64,000 nucleotides of DNA from Felis catus (GCF_018350175.1 NC_058368.1:207764001-207828000); one strand, 5' to 3'. Positions 1 to 13,010 are shown, counted from the stretch's first letter. Program-made: numbers and translations. The notes: generated by a model not told the origin, from the letters alone.

Positions 1-177
1 AGGCCCCCTAAAATTATCATTCATCAATGTTGATGAAAAGGTTAATTTTTCATGTGTTTCTTTTCATGCATGGGACTCCAGATTAGCCAGTATGTTTTTG
101 TTTTCATAATTTTAGGTGAGTTGTGTCTTGTTTGGTGTATAGAAATGATTTTACTTAACCATAAAAACATACTGCTA

Positions 178-414
178 GGGGCGCCTGGGTGGCGCAGTCG
201 GTTAAGCGTCCGACTTCAGCTAGGTCACGATCTTGTGGTCCGTGAGTTCGAGCCCCGCATCGGGCTCTGTGCTGACGGCTCGGAGCCTGGAGCCTGTTTC
301 CGATTCTGTGTCTCCCTCTCTCTCTGCCCCTCCCCCGTTCATGCTCTGTCTCTCTCTGTCCCAAAAATAAATAAACGTTGAAAAAAAAAATAAAAAAAAA
401 CAAACAAAAAAAAC
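178..414 (+). mobile_element. young feline SINE (SINEC_Fc type)
   Basis: GGGGCGCCTGGGTGGCGCAGTCGG head, CT tract, A tail; TSD catactgcta 168-177/415-424. Confidence 0.95.
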
Positions 415-770
415 CATACTGCTAAATATGGCAATATCTGCAAATCACTGATTCAGAACTTAGTAGTATATGAAAACAGGAGTCTGTTGGGAGATAGTCT
501 CTATAAGAGATGCTTAAGATACATACACTTAAGATATTTGGTAACTACCTGGGTATAACTTCCTAGTTAAGACTATTACTGTTTCCTGAAAAAGGAAATT
601 TGGGGAAGTTTTTTGTTTTTTCTTTTTTGATGTTTAAATTAATTTGATTATTGTACATAATGAATTTGAGGTAGACAGACCACCAGAAACTGAGCTATGG
701 TGCTCTATTTGAAGATGAAATCTAGAATTGAAAATTTGGGGCATTGTTTACTTAAAAAATGAAAACTGAG

Positions 771-825
771 CACTGGGTGTTGTATGAAACCAATTTGACA
801 ATAAATTTCATATTAAGTAAAAAAA
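771..825 (+). mobile_element. extremely 5'-truncated feline L1 3' end
   Basis: matches the 3' end of the L1 at 39400-39450; 17-bp TSD aaaaaatgaaaactgag 754-770/826-842. Confidence 0.9.
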
Positions 826-2229
826 AAAAAATGAAAACTGAGTTTGTTATAGTTAGGGAGACTATGAAAAGAGAAACCAGAGGGCAAAGGATACAACTTT
901 AGGTCATGTTAAAGGATATGAAGCAGGAGGAAGAATACAGACAAAGGGACACACAAGGAACAGTGAGAAATAGTTATGAAGGAAGGCCAAGACAGTATAA
1001 TTATAGAAACCAAGGGACAGAAGGTAGATTTGGCTATCATATTGGCCAGTACTGTAATGGAAAAGTCAAGGAGTTTGAAGAGCTGAGAAAAAACCCTTGC
1101 ATTAGGGCAAGTAGTAAACTTGAGAACAACTTTTAGTGGAATGCTGACCTAGATTGATGATGTTTAGGAGATGATGAGGTAAGAATAAATTAACTTGAAG
1201 TTCAGAGATATGTTAAAAGAAGTTATGTTACTTCAAAAATGGAAGAGTGGCAGAAGCATGTTTTGTTTTGTTTGAAGATAGGTTAAAAGAGTTTAGTGAA
1301 AGAGATGAATGAGAAATAGTAACTAATGGTAGAAATACTAGAATGAGATAAAATGGAGAATCAGGAATACAAATGGAAATGTTAGGTAATAACACTGCAA
1401 TAGATTTCTGACCCACACTAAAATGTCCTGCAGCCAAAGTGAATTTTTACCCTTTTGCTCCTTTATCAGTTTCTGAGAGTGAAGAAGCCCTTCATTACAT
1501 TCATAGAAGCCACCTGTCAGACAATTGCTCTGAACTATAAATAGTCATGTTTTGTAGAGAAAAATAGAAACATGAAAGTAGCCGTACAAGCAAAATGTAC
1601 AACTAACTTCTAAATAATTCTAACAGGCTGGGTGTATATCACAATTAATTGTCTACGCCTTAGGCCCAGCTGTTCTATTCTTTTACAGGCTTATTTACAT
1701 AGTGAACTGTTTCAAAGACAAACAGGATCTTTCTCATATAATAAAAGATTTCCTCATTAGGGTACTGTGGAAATCTAATAATTTTACAAATATCTTTGTA
1801 AATATAGTAAATTAAGACATAGAAATTACAGTACAACATCCAGTGATTGTATTTTTAATATAGTTATTGCTTTTAGTTTTACTATCTTAGAAAATGCTCT
1901 ATTGCAGACAGTATTTTTCATATTTTTCTGACAAAAAAATGACATTAAAGTAAATGTCACAACAGAAATCTTTGAATGACAGCCACTTCTGTAGACTGGT
2001 GAATGTCTTCTGTGCATGGTATATACTTGTGTATACTTTGTACTTGTGCACAAAGTAAAGTGCTTTGGGAATATGATCACAGTTCTCTTCCACACATACC
2101 TCATTACTGTGTTATAAACCCAAGTATTCCACTGATGTGGAATTTTATTGTGAGGAAGGGAAAGAGATGAACTCTAAGAAAGCACATCATACTTTTTTTT
2201 TTTTCTTTTCCCTGTCAAGCAGCCTTTCT

Positions 2230-2232
<3 letters not shown>

Positions 2233-2261
<29 letters not shown>
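2233..2261. repeat. poly(T)29
   Basis: direct read. Confidence 0.9.
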
Positions 2262-2265
<4 letters not shown>

Positions 2266-3349
2266 TCAAACACCTGAATCGTCTTTACGGGAAAATCTTT
2301 ATAAATTCACAAATCATTTACCATGTAAAAATAGATAATGATGGAATGATTAGAGGACTATTAGGGAAGGTAAATAGTTAGGCTTTAGATGTTTATCCAA
2401 CTATTGCATCCCAGAGCGTGATTTCTAACACTGCCATGAATATAAATGCAGTGTTTGGAAGTGTGGGGAGAAGAGCAGAGGAGAACCAGGAAGGTGATTT
2501 TTCTGAAGGGAGAGAACAGGCTTGAATATCTACCTTTTTCTTTGTTTTTGTATTCCTAGGCAATGTCATTTAAAACATTTGTATTTGACAAATTTGAATG
2601 GGCAAAAAAGATAGTTACCTTGTCAATTGTATTAAATAGATTCTTACAGATTCCTCTTCAGAGCAATAGCAAGATATTTTGGTTAGGTTAAAGGGAATAA
2701 CTTCCTTTTTTTTTTTTTTTTGTCCTCAGAGTTGTAAAATAGCTATGTTTTAAAGCAACATGATCTTTATTTGTTCCTCTTTTACAAACATCTGTACTAT
2801 AGCTGTTGCTACAGTTAATCATAAGATAGTATTACCTTGTAAATTCTTGCATTTTAATATTCACAGTTCTGACTTGAGGACTTCTTTTGTTATAAATGGC
2901 AGATTGTGAAAAATCAAGGTAACAAATTCCTGTTTACTGTTAATGGAGAATAAATGTAGTCTGTGATATCTGATAATATAACAAATCTGTTTTTGTTTTT
3001 ATTTTTATTTTTATTTTTTAACTTTGTTAAATTATACTGAGAGAGAATAGATACATTACGTGTGTATTGCTCAGTGAATTTTCACAGATTGACACACTTG
3101 TGAAACTAGTACGCAGATCAAGAAACAGAGCTTGGTATATTTTAAAGTTTTTATGAATTTTTTTCTGAACAGTATATTCAGTAATTTTTTCAAAGTGGTT
3201 ACTAGTGTGTCAACCATTGTTCTAGGTATTAGGATGACACAGTGGTGAACTAAAGCAGACTTAGAGTGTGGGGAGATAAGTATCAGTCAGATAAATAAAT
3301 GTGTAATTACAAACTGCTATGTATACTGAACAGACATTATCCTATAAAA

Positions 3350-3600
3350 GGCAGTATAATGACTGTAGAGTGATTGTATGTATACTGTGGAATAAGGGCA
3401 GACATTAGATTGCTTAGGTTCAAATTCTATTGTCAATTCTGGTATTTATGTAACTTGAGGCAACTACTGTCTCTTTAAGACTCATTTCTTACCGTGAAGA
3501 TGTTATAATAGTAACCTACCTTATCTGATTGGTGTGGACATTAAAAGAGATTATTCATGTAAAAATATAGTATGATATTGCATGTTCTCTATATGTATTA
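3350..3600 (+). mobile_element. MIR, degenerate
   Basis: MIR core-like ggttcaaattc...gtaacttgaggcaa...ataatagtaacctacct; boundaries approximate. Confidence 0.6.
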
Positions 3601-3758
3601 GTAATTTGTTTTGTCTGGGGGGGTGTTGTTTGTTTCATATTGTAACATTCTTATTTGAAAATGATACAGAAGCATATTTCATAAAGTAGCTTTTTATCTC
3701 TTAGAGTTCAGATCAAATAATCCAAAAGGTATCAGAATCGAGTCACATAACATTCTGG

Positions 3759-3916
3759 CAGTCTTTCTAGCATGTTGTAGTGTATATAAGGATCATTGGG
3801 ATACCTCTTGTAAATGCACATTACTGTGGGTCCCTTTCTAGGCATACTTGGCTCTGGAATCAGTGTTTCCTATTATAACTCATGTATTTCTTAGAACACA
3901 AGTTTGAAAACCATTG
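3759..3916. mobile_element. MER5-like hAT-Charlie relic
   Basis: degenerate ends cagtctttc...agtttgaaaaccattg, internal ttgtaaatgca. Confidence 0.45.
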
Positions 3917-4513
3917 GCCTGTAAGTCTCTTTTGTATGCAGGCCAAATAGCCAGTTATTTTGCTTCATCATTTTAACATACAACATTATGAGGTATTTTT
4001 TGTTGTTGTTGCTTGTTTTGGGTGCATACACTTATTACTACAAATGGTAAAAAATTATTCCCTAAATCTGCACTTGCTCTAGGATTTTCTAGGTTACCCA
4101 CTTGAGAAACCTGGATTTATTCTTAGCTCCTTCCTCTACCTTTCCTCCTGTCTCTAATCCTCTACCTTTCTGACCATCTGATTCATTACTGATGAAGTTT
4201 CTTGCATGGAAGAATTTGTAACCTCTGTTTATACTTGCCTTTCTCCTTCCTACAGTCTGTTTCCCAAAGTTGTCTTTCTAAAACACAGAGCTGATATGCC
4301 ATCTACTTGCATAAGTGTTTTTCTTAGTAAATACCCTTTGTCCAAAGGTATCTAAGTTTCTTAGTATATTTCAACAGGCCATTGTAATGCATCTTCACTT
4401 TCCTTTATTCTTCCCGATCATCTTGTTTTCTGGGAGTATAGAATTTCTTGCTGTTCCTTGAGGAAAATAGCACTTCTTCATGTTTCCATGTTGTTCACAT
4501 AACTACTTTAAAC

Positions 4514-4724
4514 ATTTTTTTTTAATGTTTTTATTTATTTTTGAGACAGAGACAGAGCATGAGCAGGGGAGGGGCAGAGAGAGAGGGAGACACAAAATCT
4601 GAAGCAGGCTCCAGGCTCTGAGCTGTCAGCACAGAGCCTGACACGGGGCTCGAACTCACGAACTGTGGGATCATGACCTGAGCTGAAGTCAGATGCCCAA
4701 CTGACTGAGCCACCCAGGCACCCC
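4514..4724 (-). mobile_element. CAN-SINE (SINEC_Fc2-like)
   Basis: reverse SINE ending gagccacccaggcacccc; TSD tcacat(a)actacttt. Confidence 0.93.
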
Positions 4725-4921
4725 TCACATACTACTTTTTGCCATCCGTCTGCCTTTTTCAGTCTTTCTTTCAACCAGTGTTTATTGAAAACCTACCATG
4801 TGTCTGGGATTGTGTCAGAGGCCAGGGTTCCATGTGTGAAAAAGATAGGTTTCCTGTCCTCACTTGTCTCACCGTCTAGTGAAGCCTGTCAGGCACCCTT
4901 CTTTTGTTCCCATAGTATTTA

Positions 4922-4974
4922 TTACCAACCTCTGTGTTATATTACTTTACCAACCTCTGTGTTATATTACTTTA
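4922..4974. repeat. perfect 25-bp tandem duplication
   Basis: ttaccaacctctgtgttatattact x2. Confidence 0.9.
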
Positions 4975-7255
4975 TTTTCTCATTTAATTTTGGTCTCTAG
5001 GGCTGAGACCATATCTTATATCTTATGTTTATTAACATTCCTCACCCAGCAGTTGGCACAGTATATGGCATATAGTGATCACTGAAATGTACAATTGAAT
5101 GAAACTTAGAAATCTCTACATACAGAACTACTTCCAGGATAGGTCAAAGCTATGCTTTATGGAAAACATTTATATTTTTAATTATGTAAGTAATAAAATG
5201 GCTAAATGTAATCTAAAGGAGAAGCCTGTGCTCCTGCTATATTATTCCCATTATATAATCTTAATATTAGAATTTTTTTTTCTTTGGGAACTTTTGGAAG
5301 AATAGGCTATTATTTGAAGTTTAACTTAAAAACAATTTAAGCGATTTATATTAATTTTATTTATAGTTTATTCAAAGAATGATTTGAAATAAAGCCTGTA
5401 GAATATATAATTCTAATTATTAAGATTATATATTCATATATCTTTTAATAGAAGTTCTGTTCAAATGAATCATTTGACACTTTCTAGCCGACTTTTTCAT
5501 GTTCTATACCTTAATCAATCCTGGCCTATATCTTACAGTTATAACATGCTTGTAATAAACCAATTAAACATGTAAGAAACCAACAAAAACATGGTTTTTG
5601 TTCCTAACATTATAAACCAATCACATCAGTGAACTGGTAGATGTCATGTATTTAATTTATCAAGTCAATGGTAGCAATGATAACCTTCAACAAGAACCTC
5701 CCTTCTCCTTCAATAATATATAAATCTTTTCCCCTTGAAATCATTCAAAATGAGCAATTCTTTTTGGAATTATAGAAAGGAAGATGTATTTTTGAATAAA
5801 TAGGAAGAGAAAAGTGTGAGGTGAGGTAACTTGACAATCCAGAATTGAAGTGGAGGGAAAGAGATCTGAATCCCTGGGCCATTGGGAAGACCATCTCAGA
5901 ATGTTACAGCAGAAGTCACCTTTGCTTTTCCTGCCATCATGATACAAGTAGGACACCGGAACAAGAACCCAGCAAAACTATTCTACTCTCTTGGAAAGAG
6001 AAATAGAGGACAGATCTAGTTGTAAGGAAATCCTATTAACAATAGTTGAAGTTTATAATTACAGTAATCATATCATTTATAATATAACATAGGATCCTTT
6101 ACAGAGTGAAAGGAGGTGGTATTGATAATTATAGTAGAACAATAGGTGTAAATTGGAAGCCAGACAGATCAGATATAGATAGGCTGCCGTAACTGCTGCG
6201 ATAGTGGTATGAAGAATGTGTCATGGGAACATAAAGAAGGGAGCTTTAGGTTAGGGAAAACCTTTATACATCTGAGCCAGACTTTGAGAGGGAGAAGGAT
6301 TTTTCCCAAGTTGGGTAGACAAAGGCCAGTCCAGGCCAGGCTAAAGAAACCTAGTGTCATCTTGCTGACCACTGTACTCCTGCCTCTGTCCAAATCATTC
6401 CCTTTCAAGAGGTGCTTCGTGTCTATCATACTTGTAAAATAGCCCTAAGTGAAAACTTCCAGTTTTTAGTATGATAAACTTGACAGTTAAGATTATAATT
6501 AAACTGATTTATTGGCAGTAGTAATTGATAGATTTTCCTTGCACATCTCTACTACAGTTTTTATATTCAAAATATGTCAGTGATTAAAAGATTATTATCT
6601 GCTACAGAGAGGAAATATGATTGTTTTCAGTATGTGAAAGACAGTAGTACTTGTTTTGCATTCCATACGGTTATACCAGAACAAATGATGAAAGTTCGAA
6701 AGGGGCATATTTTGTCATTGGTATAAGAAAAAGTATCCAAAGGTTCAACAGGCTCTTTTGGGAAGTTCTGAGTTCCTCTGCAGTACAGGTAAAAGGAAGG
6801 TCCTTTTCCCAGGATGCTGTTAGCAGAATATATCCTTTCCCTACTAAATTCTATCTCTTTGATATTAATAATTGTTAGAGTTACAGGAAATGTTAGAGAA
6901 CTTGAAGCAGTTCTTCCCCAACTTTTGGACCTGTGAGTAGGGGTGAGAAGATATACTCCCAGTGTCTTGGCTAGTGGAGGGGGACAGATTTGCCCTTGGC
7001 TTTTGCAGGTAATACCAACTATACTAATTCCCATTATTTTTAATCATTATGTCTGCTTTCAATAATCATAGATAATAAAGATATTAAGTACATAAAAGAT
7101 TCATATAGTCATGTTTAATTTTGTTATATTAAATTCTTATGCACCTAACTTTTCTAGCTAGTTGCTTATTAGCATTTTTCATGTGTATTCACAAATAAAT
7201 CACAGAGAATATTGTTTTACTCTGCTCCCACTTCTAATTCCTGTTTGATATTTTC

Positions 7256-7474
7256 TTTTTTATAATTTTTTTTAATGTTTATTTATTTCTGAGACAGAGA
7301 GAGATAGAGCATGAGTGGGGGAGGGGCAGAGAGAGGGAGACACAGAATCAAAAGCAGGCTCCGGGCTCTGAGCTGTCAACACAGAGCCTGATGTGGGGCT
7401 CGAACTCACAAACCGTGAGATCATGACCTGAGCCGAAGTCGGTTGCTCAACCGATTGAGCCACCCAGGCGCCCC
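7256..7474 (-). mobile_element. CAN-SINE (SINEC_Fc2-like)
   Basis: TSD gtttgatattttc 7243-7255/7475-7487. Confidence 0.94.
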
Positions 7475-7964
7475 GTTTGATATTTTCAAGAAGGCAAATA
7501 AAATAAGTTTCCACTTTAAAAATGAGCAAATCTTGGATCATAAAATTAATGCTCTAAAACATAAAACAAAAGTTCGTTAATTTAGACACGCTAATGTGCA
7601 AGTTAAACATTTGCTTGGGCTAACTGCATAATTTTTGTATGACCCATAAAAATTGTTTTTACTGAAAAAATAGTAACTTTCAGTTATAGTTGCTATGTTT
7701 CTTAAGTGTTTGTTATGGGCTAGACACTGCTAAGCACCTCACTTCTTGTAACAATGCTTTCAAGGTAGGTAATTAGTATTTTCACTATACATAGGAAAAA
7801 ATGGATGCCCATGAGATTAAGTAATTTAGCCTACATGGTTTGTAGGTGAATAAACTGGAGTTGAATCTAGTTCTTTTTTATTCCATAGTTGTTCTTTACC
7901 CAAATAGCTGGATGCCAGTAGTTTTTGGTCATTAATTTACTGTGCATTTGAACCTAAATTTATT

Positions 7965-8202
7965 TAAAATTTTTTAATTTAATTTTATTTATTTATTTTT
8001 AAGTTTATTTGTTTTTGAGAGAGAGAGAGTGTGTGTGTGAGCTGAAGAGGGGTAGAGAGAGAGGGAGACACAGAATCTGAAGCAGGCTCTAGGCTCTGAG
8101 CTGTCAGCACAGAGCCCGATGCGGGGCTTGAACCCATGGACTGTGAGATCATGACCTGAGCCAAAGTTGGACGCTTAACTGACTGAGCCACACAGGCGCC
8201 CC
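7965..8202 (-). mobile_element. CAN-SINE, in or at the tail of the adjacent SINE
   Basis: full reverse SINE abutting the SINE at 8203-8409. Confidence 0.92.
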
Positions 8203-8409
8203 TAGTGTTTATTTTTTTGAGAGGGAGAGAGAGTGTGAGCAGGGGCGGTGGGGGGAGGGGCAGAGAGAGAGAGGGAGACACAGAATCCCAAGCAGGCTCC
8301 AGGCTCTCAGCTGTCAGCGCAGAGCCCCAGGTGGGGCTGAAACCCACCAACCACAAGATCGTGATCTGAGCAAGTCAACACTTAACCAGCTGAGCCACCC
8401 AGGTGCCCC
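8203..8409 (-). mobile_element. CAN-SINE
   Basis: reverse SINE ending gagccacccaggtgcccc. Confidence 0.92.
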
Positions 8410-9185
8410 AAACTAAATTAAAAATCAGTTTTATGTTGTGTATTTACTGACAGGTAAAGATATATGTATATAAAGTTTATTGCAGCATGTTTCAAAGTAA
8501 ATATTGAAAACACTTAAAAATAAGTGCATGTTTATTCACACGTAAATACATATACATTTGTGCATGTACATACATGTGTACCTGTATGGAGAATTGAACT
8601 GGAAGGGAATGATTGTGTATATACCTGTCGGTAGATATATAGATATAGGTAAAAGATTTGTTTATTGTTTTTCTGTATATATGTATCTCTATGTATATGG
8701 GTTTATATAATACTAAATTGCTGGATACTTAGAGTTGAATGCAGTCATTTCATTACCTCCAGAGAGATTTGTCAGGAACACTCATAAGACTTACCAGTTA
8801 CACAATAAGATGAAAAGAGCCACTGTAATTCTACTAATTTTATGTTTTGCTTCCTTGCTTTTGAATGGTTTGTCATCATTGTCAGCTAGCCACATTTTTT
8901 TCCCCCTTACACTGCTGTGGGTTTCCTAAACATCAAGGCTTCTGGGAATATACTAGTAAATTATCTCACTTGTTCTTTATACTTCTCACATAGCACTGTT
9001 ATCAGTAGGTAGTTTTGGAGAAGTTAAATTGGAAACATTAAGCGGGAGTAGGAATAAATAAAAAGAGGTAAACTCCTTAAATTTCTTTTTACTTCTTCTC
9101 CATCTTCCCCAATCCCCAATAAAGCAACACATTGATCTCAGCTTGCTCATTATTCTTTCTCGTGTTAAGTTTTGACTATCTAGCA

Positions 9186-9384
9186 CAGGAGTTGCCAAAT
9201 TACAGCACCAAATTATGTGAGCCAAATTCGCTTTATTGAAATAAACACATTCATTCATTCATGTATTTTCTACAATTGCTTTCTTGGTACAACAGCAGAG
9301 TTGAGTAGTTGCAACAGAGACTTTATGGCCTGCAAAGTTTAAAATACTGTCTGGATCTTTACAGAAAAAGTTTGCAGATTCCTG
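9186..9384 (+). mobile_element. MER58A-like hAT-Charlie MITE
   Basis: cagg...cctg ends, acaacagcagagttgagtagttgcaacagagac core; 8-bp TSD atctagca/atctggca. Confidence 0.85.
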
Positions 9385-9456
9385 ATCTGGCAGGTAAGGA
9401 AGAAACCAGGGATTTCTCATTTAATTTCCGGGGGGAACTTTAACTTGATATTTTTC

Positions 9457-9575
9457 CTTCTCGTTCCCCTTCCCTGTCCTCCTCTTCCTCCTCCTCCTTC
9501 TAATTTTAGAGAGAGAGATGCAGTGAGCTGGGGAGAGGGGCAGAGGGGGAAAGAGACAGAGAGAGAATATGTTAA

Positions 9576-9618
<43 letters not shown>

Positions 9619-9738
9619 TTTAAGCAAGCTCCATGCTCAGCCTGACAGGGGGCTTGATCCCAAATCCCTGGGATCACAACCTGAGTGAAAATCAAGAGTT
9701 GGACAGACGTTCAACCACCTGGGCCACCCAGGTGCCCC
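9457..9738 (-). mobile_element. CAN-SINE with (AG)n and a CCT-rich tail
   Basis: reverse SINE; degenerate TSD taacttgat/taacctgat. Confidence 0.9.
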
Positions 9739-11299
9739 TAACCTGATCTTTCTATGAGAACGTTCTAGCACATGACATTACATGGTATTTTATCTGAAAT
9801 GCCCCAAAACTATTTTGAATTGGTTTGGGAAGTAGCATAGTATCTGGGAGGAAACAGCTTCTGTTTTTCAGCAAATATGTTATGAAGAAACTTTGAAAGT
9901 TGTCTGCAGTTGGGGTTCCTGGGAATTAATTATGTAAAAGAAAGCAGTGAGGATGGAGAAAGGCTAGTTCATTTTGATCTGTAATATCTATTTTATTAGT
10001 GTGTTAGGTTCATTTTATATCATTATTTATATCATTATTCATTTGGTAAACATTTGATCCAGTGTTGACTTCTCACCACCTGTCAATTTTTACATTGCGT
10101 GCATGGAGATTTTTTTTTTGTTGCTGTTGTCAGTTTTCATTAAAAAGGGATCGCTCTTCCTCACAGATGTATTTTCACTACCTAAAATAGTACTTGACTG
10201 TAACAGATGTTTAAATAATATTTGTTGAATGAATGAACTCAGATAAGAGATTCTATTTTTGTAGCAAGATTGTGGTTTTTGAAAAATGTCTCCGGTTTGT
10301 ACCTAGAAAATAGGTAATAATTAGAAATCCACAAGCTTTTGTGAAGAACATATCTTTCCGGATTGATGGTCTTAACTGTGGGTCCTGTCAGCTCATTACA
10401 TAGTAGTAACTGTATAGTCACTTCAGTGAAGCTTTGTTTGGTGCCTGAAAACCTAATTATAAATTGATGTGAACTGGTTAGATTATATGTTTCCATTAGG
10501 TGAATTTCACACTGGCTTTAATGATCTTAACTCTGATTTTGCAAACTGCTGTAGGTTCTAAATTACCTTGAGGGTTGTTACTATATTTGTATAAAGTTCT
10601 CAAATGTAGTTAAATCATTTTAATACAATTGGCTTACAATTTTTTCCTAAACTCTCCAGGTACCATTTATAATAATGAAAAGATACTACTAAATACTAAC
10701 CATTGACTTATTCACAGTCGCTTGCAATTCTTTTTAGTAGATCTGATTCTACCCAGTGGGGAGCTGTTTTCATTCCACTTTTAAGATAACCTCAAAGAAT
10801 CACTAATTATAAAGACGTATACTAAACTAGTTAAAATTAGATTGAATTATATTGGAATTTAAAAAAAAAGTATCCAAAATTTGTAGGAGATGCTCTAAAA
10901 TCAAATGAATGATCTCCGTATGTAGCAATTTTAAAGTGCTTGGAAATAGCTGGGATTTGTAGTGTGCTTAGTGGTTTGGCACTAACCAATTTGTGGTTGT
11001 CATGGCTAACACCCAGTATAACAGAATGGAGGAAAGTAGGCAGATGCAAGCTAAATGTAAAATAAGACAATGCAGTTTCATTTGCTGAGGAAAACAGTAA
11101 TTCAAAACAAATAGTTCTTTGGTGTTGTGTTAACAGATAAAAATCTCAAAGGCAGTCATAATGGCTCTTAAAAATCAGCGACGTGATGCTCTTTTTTTTC
11201 TTCTGTAGATTGTGCTTTTGTTTAAACAAATGGGATGATGAATATATTCATAGAAAAATAGCTTGTAGCAAGCAACCTGAGGAAATTGACACTCTATTC

Positions 11300-11399
11300 C
11301 AGTTGGTTGGTGGACTACCAACCATGGGGCCATATTTGGCCGTTGCCTGTTTTTGTAAAGCAAGTGAGCTAAAAATGTTTTTTACATATTTAAAGCATT
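11300..11399 (+). mobile_element. MER58B-like 5' fragment
   Basis: ggggccatatttggccgttgcctgtttttgta...gagctaaaaatgtttttacat. Confidence 0.6.
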
Positions 11400-11419
11400 C
11401 CCCCCCCCCCCCCCCCCCC
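11400..11419. repeat. poly(C)20
   Basis: direct read. Confidence 0.9.
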
Positions 11420-13010
11420 AGTATTTTGAAGATGTTACTCTACTGTCTTCTCATTTGCCTTGTTTCCCATGAGAAGTCTTTTTTGCTCCTCTCCATGTAA
11501 CTTGTCTTTTTTAATCTGGTTCCTTTTAAGATTTTCTCTGCCAGTGGTTTTGAGCAATGATTATGATGTGCTGTGGTCTAGTTTTCTTCCTGTTTTGTGC
11601 TTGAGATTGGTTGAACTTCTTGAGTTTATTGGCTTATTTTCATCAAATTTGGAAAGTTTTCACCCATTATTTCTTCAAATAACTTTTCTATCCCCCATTT
11701 CTTTCCTTGAGGACTCCAGTTACATATTTTGTAATTGTGTTACTTGAAGTCCTTCAGTTCACTGATGTTCTTTCATTTATTTCCTTTTTCTCTGTATTAC
11801 ATTTTGGATAATTTCAAGTTGGCAGTTCTTGCCATCTATAAGTTATTATGTATTTATTCTCATCAAACATATTTTCATTTAGACTTACTTCTCATCAAAT
11901 TCAATTTGAGTGATTTTTACACCTTTCATGCTTCTCCTTAAGTTTTTGCACATATAGACTATAGTTATAAAAATTGTTTTAATGTTCTTTTCTGCTAATT
12001 CTAACATCTCTGTCAGTTCTTGGGTCATTTTGTGTTGATTAATTTTTCTGCCTATGATAGGTCATATTTTCCTGCTTCTTTGAGTGTCTGATCAATTTTG
12101 ACTGTTAAACCTTGTAAATTTTTCCTTGTTAGGTGCTTCATATTTTTTCTAATTCTTATAAATCTTGAGTTCTGGTTTGAGACAGTTTAATTATTTGGAA
12201 ATAGTTTAATTCTTTCAAGTCTAGCTTTGAAGATTTGTTATGTGGGATAAAAGAAGTGTTTAGTCTATTATCTGATTGTTCCCTACTACATAGCCAAGAC
12301 TTTTCTAACCACTGCACGTGAACCATACAGATTCTCAGTCTGGCTGTTAGGAACAGGCACTGCTCCCTGTCGTGTGTGCATGCAAGGTCCCTTCCCTTTA
12401 ATTCTTTTGAGTAGTAATTTCTTCACACACATGCACCAGTCACTGCTATACCTACTACCTCAGGGGTTCCTTTGCCGATCTTCAGAGTTTCTCTCTGTGT
12501 CAGGCCCTGTTTTCTAATTCTTTTTGGTTTCCTTGGATTCTGAGCTCTGTCTTTAAAGCTTAGAATACTTGCCTGGATTTCTCCTCTCAGCAGCAAGACC
12601 TGGAAACTTTTTTTAAATGTTTGAGAGAGAGAAAGAGCACGCAAGCGAGCACGAGCAGTGGAGGGGCAGAGAGAGAGGGAGAGAGGGAATCCCAAACAGG
12701 CTCCACACCATCAGCGCAGAGCCCAGCATGGGGCTCAACTTCATGAACAGCAAGATCTTGACCAGAGCTGAAATCAAGACCGGATGCTTAACCCACTGAG
12801 CCACCCATGCACCCCGGCCTGGAAACTTTCTTAAGACAGTAAGCTGGGGCAATTGTAGGGCACACTTGTGTGTTTCTCATCTCTCAGGGATCACTGTTCT
12901 TTACTTCCTGATGCCCCATGTTTTGAGAACTGTAGTTTCATATATCTTGTTCAGTTTTTTGGTTGATTTGAATAGGACAGTATTTTTTTGGTGTCTGTTG
13001 TATGTTGTAG
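11420..13010 (-). mobile_element. old L1M (ORF1/5' region), antisense
   Basis: T-rich L1 ORF1 antisense motifs (catcaaatttggaaagttttca.ccattatttcttcaaata); approximate. Confidence 0.7.
12611..12815 (-). mobile_element. CAN-SINE inserted in L1
   Basis: TSD cctggaaacttt 12599-12610/12818-12829. Confidence 0.92.

Larger units (their letters stand above)
4070..5100 (+). mobile_element. L2 fragments interrupted by a SINE
   Basis: L2-like motifs (aaacctggattt.ttcttagctcct; gcacagtatatggcatatagt...ttgaatgaa); approximate. Confidence 0.5.

Noticed and set aside
178..260. tRNA genes
   Set aside because: The tRNA-like A/B boxes all belong to SINE heads followed by SINE bodies and A tails
52..417. 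ORFs such as GAPGWRSRLSVRLQ... and ...ERETEHERGRGRERG..., recurring at 19502, 24640, 42210, 57631 and elsewhere
   Set aside because: They are translations of SINE sequence repeated through the window, not genes
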